Shown here: positions 54,081 through 62,531 of the stretch, piece by piece
How the letters are laid out: each line of letters starts with the position of its first letter
How positions within the stretch are numbered: position 1 is the first letter of the stretch
From: an uncultured delta proteobacterium
GTDB lineage: Bacteria; Desulfobacterota; Binatia; Binatales; Binataceae
Assembly (NCBI GenBank): GCA_963773975.1
Contig: CAVZDJ010000011.1
Span: forward strand, 114,548-178,547
Direction of reading: 5' to 3'
Length of the DNA: 64,000 nt
The notes under the pieces: model-generated
Database searches by the model: none
Told to the model about the DNA's origin: nothing
Seen by the model: only the letters and a program-made list of their open reading frames with translations
Program-made: the position numbers and the translations under genes

Positions 54081-55271
54081 CTACGAGGTCCGGCCGTGCG
54101 CCGCATGCCACAAGGCGTTGAATTTGAGTGATTCCGTGGTAAGGAATCTGTCGCCCGGCCTGATGCCGCTTAGCACGCGGGCGTATCCGGGCTCGTTCCA
54201 ATCGGCGATCTCGATTCGCCGGCGCTCAACGCTGTCCGCACCGGTCACGATGAACGCAAAGTACCCGTTGTCATCGAAGACCAACCCCGACTGGGGGATG
54301 ACGAGGGCTAGCCGCGGGCTGTTGGTAAGGCGTACCCGCGCCAGCATTTGCGGCTTGAGCAGGGCTCCGGGGTTGTCGACCTGACAGCGCAATTGCAGAG
54401 TGTGGATGGTGGGATCCAGGGCGGGGCTGATTCTCTGAACGGTGCCCTTGAAGACTTCTCCGGGATAGGCGGCGGTGACCGCTTCCAGGCTCTGTCCGAC
54501 CTTGACCCGGGCGAGGTCGTCTTCATGGATGTCGGCAGTGATCCATACCCGTTCCAACGTGGCCAAAGCGAAAAGCTGGTCGCCGGGATTAACTGCCTGG
54601 CCGCGGACCACATTCTTGCTCACGATAATTCCGCTGATCGGCGCACGCACCCAGACCGACGGGCTAGGCGTCCGGATCGCGGCGATATCCGCCGGTGAGA
54701 GGCCCAGTAGATCTAGCTTGCGCACGGCGGCTTCCTTCAAGCTCGCCGACACGCTGAGGCCGGCCGGTATGCCGTAAGCCTCGGTCTGTGTGCCGAGGCC
54801 GCCGCTGTGGCTCGCGCCGGAGGTCGCTGCCAGGTACTCCGCCTCGGCCGACATGTAGTCGGGGCTGTATAGTTTCATCACCAGTTCGCCGCGGCGAACC
54901 ATCTCCCATTGCGAGCTCCGCATTTCCTCAATCCGCCCCGAGAGCCGCGAGCTGATGGTGGACACCAATTTATCGTCGAACGTCACCTGGCCTGTCGCTT
55001 CCAGAACGCTCCGAAGCGGCGCCTGTCTTATAGTATCGACTGCCCCCTCGACCGCTCGAAGATTGGCGATCACCATCAACTCGGGACCGTCGGCCTGATG
55101 AACCAAGGTTGCCATTACAGACGGCACGGACTTGGTTTCGGCCTGCCTTGGCGCCGGGCTATCGCATCCGCCAAGCACGCTCAGCGCAAGCCAGGCCGCG
55201 ATCAGACCTGAAAGAGCCTCGAGATGCGCTCGCTTGGTTAAAGAGATTGTAGCGGTGGTGTTTTGCTTCAT
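54081..55271 (-). CDS. RND periplasmic adaptor lipoprotein (MFP), pump-distal copy
   Basis: Lipobox 'VLGGCDSP'. ~60% identical by eye to the adjacent adaptor across its full length. Confidence 0.85.
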   Translation of the reverse strand: MKQNTTATISLTKRAHLEALSGLIAAWLALSVLGGCDSPAPRQAETKSVPSVMATLVHQADGPELMVIANLRAVEGAVDTIRQAPLRSVLEATGQVTFDDKLVSTISSRLSGRIEEMRSSQWEMVRRGELVMKLYSPDYMSAEAEYLAATSGASHSGGLGTQTEAYGIPAGLSVSASLKEAAVRKLDLLGLSPADIAAIRTPSPSVWVRAPISGIIVSKNVVRGQAVNPGDQLFALATLERVWITADIHEDDLARVKVGQSLEAVTAAYPGEVFKGTVQRISPALDPTIHTLQLRCQVDNPGALLKPQMLARVRLTNSPRLALVIPQSGLVFDDNGYFAFIVTGADSVERRRIEIADWNEPGYARVLSGIRPGDRFLTTESLKFNALWHAAHGRTS

Positions 55272-56575
55272 TTTTGAAACGCGACCCCCATCGCCTGCTC
55301 CAACCCCACCTCTGCGGCGAAGAACTGATTGGCGGTCTGAAGGTAGGTGAGGCGCGAAGCGTAGTCACTCTGCAAGGCTGAAGATAATGTAAGAAAGTCG
55401 ACCTTGCCCGTCTGATAAGCGACCAATGCCACTTTGAACTCCTTGTCGGCCAAGGGGATCAGCGATCCTCTATATTGTTGCGCCGACTCGTAGGCGAATT
55501 GCGCGGACTGGTACAATTGCGTGACGGTTGCCTCCGTTTGGCTTAGGACGGAACTCATGCTGTAACGGGCGGCCTGCAAGGAATGTTGCGCTGAGCGCAC
55601 GTCCTCGCGCTGATGGATCCAGAAGAAAACCGGCAGGTTGAATCCAAAGGTGAATGAGTAGGCCTGGGTCACACTTGAAACCGGCTGCGTACCGGGTTGC
55701 AGGAAGTAGTCGAACTCGGTGCCGACTGTATAGTTCGGCAGATATTCCATCTGCGCGAGTTTGAGCGCCGTGGTTGAATTTTTCTCCGCGAGCGCGGCTT
55801 CGAGTATCTCCTGGCGCGCGTGCACTGCGGTGTCGACCGCCTTATCCAGCCTGATCTCCAGCGGCCTCAGCACGATCTTCTCGGCAAGGTTCAACGGCGA
55901 AGCAGGTTTGCGATAGAGCAGTTGATTCAGGCCCACTCGGTCGTTCATACGGTTGGTTTGGTACTGGCGTTGCTGCAACTGTGCCTGCTCGAGTGCCAAC
56001 TCAGCACCAATGAGGTCGGATTGAGCCGCTTGGCCTCCCGTGTATTGGGCCTGAGTTACCTTAACGACCTGTTTCAAGTTGACGATATTTTCGCCGTTGA
56101 CTGCGATCAGCCCCTCGTCCAGCAGCACCTGGTAATATGCGGTTTCGACGGCGGCGCGCAGGTCGCGCACGGCCGCCTCATACGTCAAGCGCGCTATCTC
56201 GGCGGTCCGCCGCGCTTCATCGGCCTGCAGGAACGCTTCTCCCGGAAACTGGAAACTTTCGGTTATATTGTGGGTGTGCGCCCCCGCGTTGAAATGTTTG
56301 CTGCTATCCAGATTCCCGTATGTGAAGACCGGATCCGCCGGAGCATAGTTCTGCAGGATCTGATGTTGCTCGGCGTCCCATTGTTCTTTCGTGGCTCTGA
56401 CTTGGGGATTCACTTCGACCGCGATCTCGACCAACTCTTCCACCGGCAAGGGCTGTTCAGCCGCCGCCGCCAATGCAAGCCCTGTACAAGTCAGCCAAAT
56501 CGCAAGAAAAGCCAAAGTTGTGGCTCGGTATGAAGACACACCTACCTCCTGTGCCCTCCGCAGCGACGAGAGCAC
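55268..56575 (-). CDS. czcC: TolC-like outer-membrane factor (CzcC-type)
   Basis: Signal peptide and two OEP repeats ('AEIARLTYEAAVRDLRAAVETAYYQVL', 'SAQHSLQAARYSM...'). 4-nt overlap with the adaptor gene. Confidence 0.85.
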   Translation of the reverse strand: MLSSLRRAQEVGVSSYRATTLAFLAIWLTCTGLALAAAAEQPLPVEELVEIAVEVNPQVRATKEQWDAEQHQILQNYAPADPVFTYGNLDSSKHFNAGAHTHNITESFQFPGEAFLQADEARRTAEIARLTYEAAVRDLRAAVETAYYQVLLDEGLIAVNGENIVNLKQVVKVTQAQYTGGQAAQSDLIGAELALEQAQLQQRQYQTNRMNDRVGLNQLLYRKPASPLNLAEKIVLRPLEIRLDKAVDTAVHARQEILEAALAEKNSTTALKLAQMEYLPNYTVGTEFDYFLQPGTQPVSSVTQAYSFTFGFNLPVFFWIHQREDVRSAQHSLQAARYSMSSVLSQTEATVTQLYQSAQFAYESAQQYRGSLIPLADKEFKVALVAYQTGKVDFLTLSSALQSDYASRLTYLQTANQFFAAEVGLEQAMGVAFQK

Positions 56576-56671
56576 CCGCGGGTGTTGCCCCGTCGCTCGG
56601 AGGCAAAAGTACGCACCACCTCATCGCCTACTGTTGTCGGGGAGATGGCGTGATCGTTTTGTTCGGTCGGG

Positions 56672-57020
56672 TTAGTTGAAAGGAGGCGAGCGGCCGTGCG
56701 GACTGTCTATTGCGCCCGAATCAAGGAAGCCGAAACGCTCAACGTTTTGACCCCTGCCATTTCCGTCCGCGCTTGCTGCGAAAAACGCCGCCGGCGAAGG
56801 GCCCAGGACGAGCCTGGCAGGAGCCATAAATGAGGAAAGGCCAAACAGACTGGCGGGTGTCGACTGCAGACTCGTGCCCAGCGGCACAAGTTCTGTGGCG
56901 AGTGGAGTAAGTATCGGAACGCGCTCCGGCACGATGCCGGCCAATGGAAGCGCGAGCAATGACAGCGTCAGGGCCAGAGAGTAAAGTTGAGAGCGGACTG
57001 AACGACGGGTATAAAAGGAC
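56672..57020 (-). CDS. possible small exported protein upstream of czcC (weak call)
   Basis: The ORF from ATG 57020 has a hydrophobic leader 'LALTLSLLALPLAG', but no recognisable family and only mediocre coding signal. Confidence 0.25.
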
Positions 57021-57476
57021 ATGCGAAAAGCCGCAATCTTCCTGACAGCGCTGGCTTTCGTCTTCATCTCATGCAGCCGCGAACCCGAGGGCACGGTTAC
57101 GCATCGAGGCCGCGACGGACGACCCGATCAGTGGATATATCGGATCGACAAGGACAGTTACAAGATAGCCATCGACACGAACGGGGACGGGCGGCCGGAT
57201 GTGGTCAAAACCTACAAAGACCAGGAACTCGTCAGGATCGAAAGCGATCGAAATTTTAACGGCCAGGTCGATCTCGTGCAGGAATACTCGCATGGGGTTC
57301 TCACCCGCGAGATCCACGACGACGATTTTGATGGCAAGCCCGAAACCATCAAGGAGTTCAGGCGCGGCAAGCTGGCGATCGTGGAGCACGACCCCCAGGA
57401 GCGCGGCTATATCGACATCGTCGAGTACTACGACGATTCCGGCAAGCTCATTCGCCGCGAGGTGCGCAAGAAATAA
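57021..57476 (+). CDS. lipoprotein with four D-x-[ND]-x-[DN]-G-x-x-[DE]-type repeats
   Basis: Lipobox 'FVFISCS'. Repeats 'DTNGDGRPDVVKTY', 'DRNFNGQVDLVQEY', 'DDDFDGKPETIKEF', 'DPQERGYIDIVEYY'. Confidence 0.6.
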   Translation: MRKAAIFLTALAFVFISCSREPEGTVTHRGRDGRPDQWIYRIDKDSYKIAIDTNGDGRPDVVKTYKDQELVRIESDRNFNGQVDLVQEYSHGVLTREIHDDDFDGKPETIKEFRRGKLAIVEHDPQERGYIDIVEYYDDSGKLIRREVRKK

Positions 57477-57922
57477 GCTGTGCCTCACGCGTAAACTCTA
57501 GAGCGAGGCGTCTCGGAAGTTTGGCTCGCGGGGGCTGATTTATCCGGATTCAGCTGTTCACCGTCTCGAAAGGCCGCTGCCGTCTCAATTGTGAGACAGA
57601 ATTTCAAGAAAGTCCTGCCGCACCACGTTGGTTAACTGATTGTAGTATTTATTTACTCGCAGACAATCCACGCCTATAAATAACAATCCCTCCCGAGCGT
57701 AAATCGCCACGGGGAGAATCGAAACCGCTCGCTCAACGCGATGGCTCGCCTGTTGCTCCCCGTCTATTCGTGTTCGACCGCATCCGTGCGCAAATTCGCC
57801 GGGCTGCGACAAGCATTACGCAGAAAAGATGAATGAAGCACACAGTAGCATAATCGTCTATTACGATTATTTGACATGTCTAGTCACGTCTAGCAGATTT
57901 TAGAAGAGAGGGGCGCGCGTTG

Positions 57923-58426
57923 ATGATACGGTCGCAAATCCCGGTTGCTGCTTTTATAAGCTTAGCATTGCTGCTGGTCGGCGCCTCGCCGTCCCCGGCA
58001 CGCGCGGCTTTGGGCGAGACCGTCGATTCGGTCACTGCCGACGCCGCCTCTTTTAGTGCGAACGCCGTCAGACATACGCCACACTCCGCCCGCAACGCGC
58101 CGGCGGTTGTGGCCTACTCCGTCGAGCAGATGACGACCCCGTCCGGGATCACGGTAAACGAATACGTCGGCCCTGACGGAAGAGTCTTTGCGGCAACCTG
58201 GCGCGGGCGCAGGCCGCCCGATCTGTCGGTGCTGCTCGGGTTCTACTTCGCACAGTACCAGGAGGCCGCCATTGCGGGTGGGCTTACGGCCCACGGACTT
58301 CATCATGCGTCGGTGCGCGGGAACGACGTGGTGGTCGAGATGGCCGGCCATATGCGGGACATGTCGGGACGCGCGTTCCTGCCCGCGATGCTGCCGCAGG
58401 GGGTCGAGCAGTCGGAGATACAATGA
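57923..58426 (+). CDS. secreted DUF2844-like protein (cassette copy 2)
   Basis: Signal peptide 'LALLLVGASPSPARA'. Shares blocks 'TTP.G..V.EY.G..G.VFA.TWRG..PPD' with copy 1. ATGA overlap with the next gene. Confidence 0.6.
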   Translation: MIRSQIPVAAFISLALLLVGASPSPARAALGETVDSVTADAASFSANAVRHTPHSARNAPAVVAYSVEQMTTPSGITVNEYVGPDGRVFAATWRGRRPPDLSVLLGFYFAQYQEAAIAGGLTAHGLHHASVRGNDVVVEMAGHMRDMSGRAFLPAMLPQGVEQSEIQ

Positions 58427-59670
58427 TGCGCCGGGATGGATTCAAATTTGCCGCCGCCAGACGTGCCGCGATAATGATCGCGGCGCTGGCGATATTCGCC
58501 GCGCGCGGCGCGGTATGCGGTTTCGCGGCCGGACCTGTGGCAACCGGGGCACCGGTAGCCGAGACAGCCGCGGTTTTGCCCAATCGGATGATAGTCAAGG
58601 TCTGGGCCGGGCCGTATGGGAGTTACTTCAACGGCCCCTTCACCTCGGTGACGATTTGTCTAAGCGGCACCACTTCGTGCGAGACCATCCCCGGCATCCT
58701 GGTCGACACCGGCTCCTCCGGGCTGAGAATTTTCGGCCAGGCCAATCATTTGCGGCTGGCGACCGAGACCGCGTCCAATGGCAACCCGATCGCTGAGTGC
58801 GTGCCGTTCGGCACGCTCTCGACCTGGGGCCGGGTCGCGTATGCCGACGTGCAACTGGGCGGCGAGCCGGTGATCTCGAAGATGCCGATTCAGCTCATCA
58901 ACCCGAACTATTCGGCGATGCCGGCGGTATGCAGGGGCGGTCCGCCGGTGGCGCAAAGCCCGACCCAACTTGGCTACAACGGAATCCTGGGCGTGGGCTT
59001 ATGGGGAGCCGATTGCGGCGGCGCCTGCGCGAGCTTGGGGCCGCAGAATCCCTCGATGTATTTTCAGTGCTCGGCGGGCGAATGCAAAGTCGCGCCGGTG
59101 GCGGACACGAGCCAGGTACAGAACCCGGTGGCGCTGCTGCCGGTCGATAACAACGGCGTAGTGCTGAAGCTGCCGGCGATCCCGTTCATGGGCGCGTCCT
59201 GGATCTCGGGCAGGCTCCTGCTCGGGATCAATACCCGCCCCAATAACGCGCTGGGCTCGGTCTCTGTGTTCAAGACCGACCAGAGCGGCAATATCGCGAC
59301 CACCTTCAACAACGCGACGACGGACGGTTTTATCGACAGCGGCTCCAACGCGCTGTTCTTCGACGACGGATCGATCCCGCAATGCGATCCGTCGCTGGCG
59401 CCGGGCTTCTACTGTCCGTCAGCCCTGCTGGCGCTCGGCGCGATCAACACCGGCCGTATGGGCAGCGCGTTCGGGCTGGTTACCTTCGACGTGGCCAACG
59501 CGCTTTCGCTGGCCGCCACCGGCAACAAGGTTTTCTACGACGTGGCCGGAACGTTTGGCGGAAGCTTCTTCGACTTCGGGCTGCCGTTTTTCTTCGGCCG
59601 CAACGTGTACACGGGGATCGACGGACAGCTCACCTCCGGCGTCAGCATGGGACCGTTTTTCGCCTACTGA
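58423..59670 (+). CDS. secreted DUF3443-like protein with pepsin-type DTG/DSG motifs (cassette copy 2)
   Basis: 'ILVDTGSSGLRIF', 'YNGILGVGLW', 'GRLLLGINT', 'FIDSGSNALFFDD', colinear with copy 1. Confidence 0.65.
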   Translation: MMRRDGFKFAAARRAAIMIAALAIFAARGAVCGFAAGPVATGAPVAETAAVLPNRMIVKVWAGPYGSYFNGPFTSVTICLSGTTSCETIPGILVDTGSSGLRIFGQANHLRLATETASNGNPIAECVPFGTLSTWGRVAYADVQLGGEPVISKMPIQLINPNYSAMPAVCRGGPPVAQSPTQLGYNGILGVGLWGADCGGACASLGPQNPSMYFQCSAGECKVAPVADTSQVQNPVALLPVDNNGVVLKLPAIPFMGASWISGRLLLGINTRPNNALGSVSVFKTDQSGNIATTFNNATTDGFIDSGSNALFFDDGSIPQCDPSLAPGFYCPSALLALGAINTGRMGSAFGLVTFDVANALSLAATGNKVFYDVAGTFGGSFFDFGLPFFFGRNVYTGIDGQLTSGVSMGPFFAY

Positions 59671-59701
59671 GGAGCGCGCCGCCCGCGATTCTCGCGCTTT
59701 A

Positions 59702-60973
59702 CTACAACCGCATTCGCAATCGATCGATCATCCGCTTGACCAAACCGCCGCGTGCGACCGCCGCCGTCGCCAGCATCGGGACCGTCGACTGCGGCTTGCC
59801 ATCCACCATCAGCACCAGCCCGCCGACCCGCTGCCCCTTGCGGATCGGCGCGACCAGGTAATGCGCGTCGAACGATCCCGCAAGCGTGACCCGGTTCTCC
59901 TGCCCATGCTCGACCGTGACGGCGGGAATCTGCACCGGCGCCACCGCGACCGTGTCGGCCGCGCCGCCATAGACCCGCACCTTGTCGGGCAGCGTCTTAT
60001 GCCAATCCGGCTGCACGCTGACGAACGTGCGGAAGGCCCAGTCGACCAGCTTTTCGGTCTCGACCCGGCGCGCCGAGGACGACGGCGTCCCGAGCACCGC
60101 CGAGATCAGATCCATCCCGTTCGCGTGCGCGCTGGCGACCAGATGGTAGCCGGCCTCTTCGACGTGGCCGGTCTTGAGCCCGTTGACCCGCGCGTCATAG
60201 AACAGCAGCGTGTTGAAGTTGGGCTGATGGATTTTGTCGAAGGTAAAATCCTTGGCCGAGGTGTATTTGGTCGCGTCGGGAAAGCGCTGGACAATCGCGC
60301 GGCCGAGTTTCACCATGTCGAAGGCGGTAGTGTACATCTCGGGCACCGGCAGCCCGTCGGGATTCTCGAAGTGCGTTTCGCTTAGCCCGAGTTCGTTCGC
60401 CTGTTGATTCATCTGCTCGGCGAACGCTTCGCTCGAACCGCCGAGGTACTCCGCGAGCGCGACCGCGGCGTCGTTGCCCGACGACACCATTAGGCCGAAC
60501 AGCAGATCGTTGACCGAGACCCGCTGGCCGACCTGCAGGAACATCCGCGACACTCCGCTGTTCATCGAGAGGCGCCAGGCCTTCTCGCTCACCGTCACCA
60601 TCGTGTCGGGCGTGAGACGCCCCTGATGCAATGCCTTGAGCACCAGGTAGAAGGTCATCAGCTTGGCCAGGCTGGCGGGCTGGATCTTGACGTGCTCGTT
60701 GTAGGCGTAGAGCGTCGCACCCGAGCGCGCGTCGATCATCATCGCGGCCTTGGCGTTGAGTCCAAAGGGCGCCGGCCGATCGCCGAGCACATGGATCTGA
60801 TCGAGCGGCACCGCCGAGGTCTCGGCCGCCTGCGCGTGCCGGACGCGCCGCGCCGCCGCGGCAGGCGCTGCCGCAAAGGCGAGCATCGCCGCCACCATCG
60901 CCACCATGGCCACGATCGGCGCCACGCTCGAAACGATCGCCAGCCTGAATCGGGAATAACTACGCACGTACAT
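59702..60973 (-). CDS. D-alanyl-D-alanine carboxypeptidase (PBP5/6-type, peptidase S11)
   Basis: 'PASLAKLMT' (SxxK), 'VSSGNDAA' (SxN), 'LKTGHV' (KTG). N-terminal signal/TM. This is only the 3' 424 codons of the 995-aa ORF in the track. Confidence 0.85.
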   Translation of the reverse strand: MYVRSYSRFRLAIVSSVAPIVAMVAMVAAMLAFAAAPAAAARRVRHAQAAETSAVPLDQIHVLGDRPAPFGLNAKAAMMIDARSGATLYAYNEHVKIQPASLAKLMTFYLVLKALHQGRLTPDTMVTVSEKAWRLSMNSGVSRMFLQVGQRVSVNDLLFGLMVSSGNDAAVALAEYLGGSSEAFAEQMNQQANELGLSETHFENPDGLPVPEMYTTAFDMVKLGRAIVQRFPDATKYTSAKDFTFDKIHQPNFNTLLFYDARVNGLKTGHVEEAGYHLVASAHANGMDLISAVLGTPSSSARRVETEKLVDWAFRTFVSVQPDWHKTLPDKVRVYGGAADTVAVAPVQIPAVTVEHGQENRVTLAGSFDAHYLVAPIRKGQRVGGLVLMVDGKPQSTVPMLATAAVARGGLVKRMIDRLRMRL

Positions 60974-61096
60974 CGCCTGCCGCCGCCTCCGCGTACTTAA
61001 AGGTACGGCGTGCCGCGATTGATAATCAAGGCAAACGAGCTGATAAGCGGCGAGGTTGTTCCATTGATCGCCGATTCCGACTATTCCATTGTAGCC

Positions 61097-62413
61097 ATGG
61101 CTATCGATCTCTCGGTAATCCTGCCGGTGATGAACGAGCGCGATAACCTGGTCGCGCTGATTCCGCAGCTCGACGAAATCGCCCAACTGTTCCATCTCAA
61201 TTACGAAATCATCGTGATCGACGGCGGCTCGACCGACGGCACCCGCGAGGCCGCCGCCGAACTGGGCGCGCGCGTGGTGCCCGAGCGGCGGCGCGGCTAC
61301 GCCGGAGCGCTGACCACCGGTTTCGCCGAGGCGCGCGGGGATTACCTGCTGACGCTGGACGCCGACATGTCGCACGATCCCGGGTTCGTGGCCAAGATGT
61401 GGCGGGCGCGCGAGCGCGCCGATATCGTGATCGCCTCGCGCTACGTGCGCGGCGGAGTCGCCTACACCGATCTCAGCCGGCGCTTTTCGAGCTACCTGCT
61501 CAACGGGTTTCTGCGCCGCCTGTTGAGCGTGCCGATCCTCGACCTCTCCAGCGGCTTTCGGCTCTACCGCCGCGCGGTGGTCGAGAAGCTCGAACTGACC
61601 AGCCGCAACTTCGAGGTCCAGGAGGAAGTCCTGGTCAAGGCCTGGGCCCAAGGCTTCAGCGTGGTCGAAGTTCCGTTCACCTATTTCCCGCGCGAGGCGG
61701 GGCGCTCGCATGCGCGGATGCTGCGCTTCGGGATCGACATCCTGCGCTCGGCGATAAGCCTGTGGCGGCTGCGCAACTCGATCGCGTCGGCCGACTACGA
61801 CGAACGCGCCTTCTACAGCGTCATCCCGCTGCAGAGCTACTGGCAACGCCGCCGCCATTCGATCACGGTGTCGTGGACGCGCAACGCCGGCCGCACTCTG
61901 GACGCCGGCTGCGGCTCGAGCATCATCATCCAAAGCCTCAACAACGCGGTTGGGATGGACTACAGCCACGACAAGGTGCGCTTTCTGCGCCGCTATGGAA
62001 TTCCGCTGGTGCGCGGTTCCGCCTTCGCGCTGCCGTTTCGCGACCACAGCTTCGATTGCGTGATCAGCTCGCAGGTGATCGAGCACATTCCTTACGACGA
62101 AGTGCTGTTCACCGAGATGAAACGCGTGCTGCGGCCGGGCGGAATACTGGTGATCGGCACGCCCGATTACGCCACTCTCGGATGGCGCACGATCGAGCCG
62201 CTCTACGGCCTGCTGCAGCCCGGCGGCTACAAGGACGAGCACATCACGCACTACACTCGCGCGCGCCTGACCGAAATCCTCGAGCGCCACGGCTTCATCT
62301 ACGAAGAGGCCGCTTACGTCCTCAAGAGCGAGCTGATCATGCGATTTCGCAAGCCCGCGGCCGAAAGCGCGCCAGTCGTGGAGCCGGCGGCGATGCGCGC
62401 GGCCACGGCCTAA
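61097..62413 (+). CDS. fusion of a GT2 (DPM1/polyprenyl-phosphate glycosyltransferase-like) domain and a class I SAM methyltransferase domain
   Basis: GT2: 'LSVILPVMNERDN', 'LTLDADMSHDP'. MT: 'LDAGCGSS', 'FDCVISSQVIEHI', 'LRPGGILVIGTP'. Confidence 0.75.
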   Translation: MAIDLSVILPVMNERDNLVALIPQLDEIAQLFHLNYEIIVIDGGSTDGTREAAAELGARVVPERRRGYAGALTTGFAEARGDYLLTLDADMSHDPGFVAKMWRARERADIVIASRYVRGGVAYTDLSRRFSSYLLNGFLRRLLSVPILDLSSGFRLYRRAVVEKLELTSRNFEVQEEVLVKAWAQGFSVVEVPFTYFPREAGRSHARMLRFGIDILRSAISLWRLRNSIASADYDERAFYSVIPLQSYWQRRRHSITVSWTRNAGRTLDAGCGSSIIIQSLNNAVGMDYSHDKVRFLRRYGIPLVRGSAFALPFRDHSFDCVISSQVIEHIPYDEVLFTEMKRVLRPGGILVIGTPDYATLGWRTIEPLYGLLQPGGYKDEHITHYTRARLTEILERHGFIYEEAAYVLKSELIMRFRKPAAESAPVVEPAAMRAATA

Positions 62414-62531
62414 GGGCCGGATCATGCGTGCGGCCGATGCGATACGAGCTAAGCATTGGCTTCGATACTGGCCGGCGCGTTCGATGAATTGGCCGCGTTC
62501 AACGAATTCGCGAAGGTGAAATGGTCTTAGC

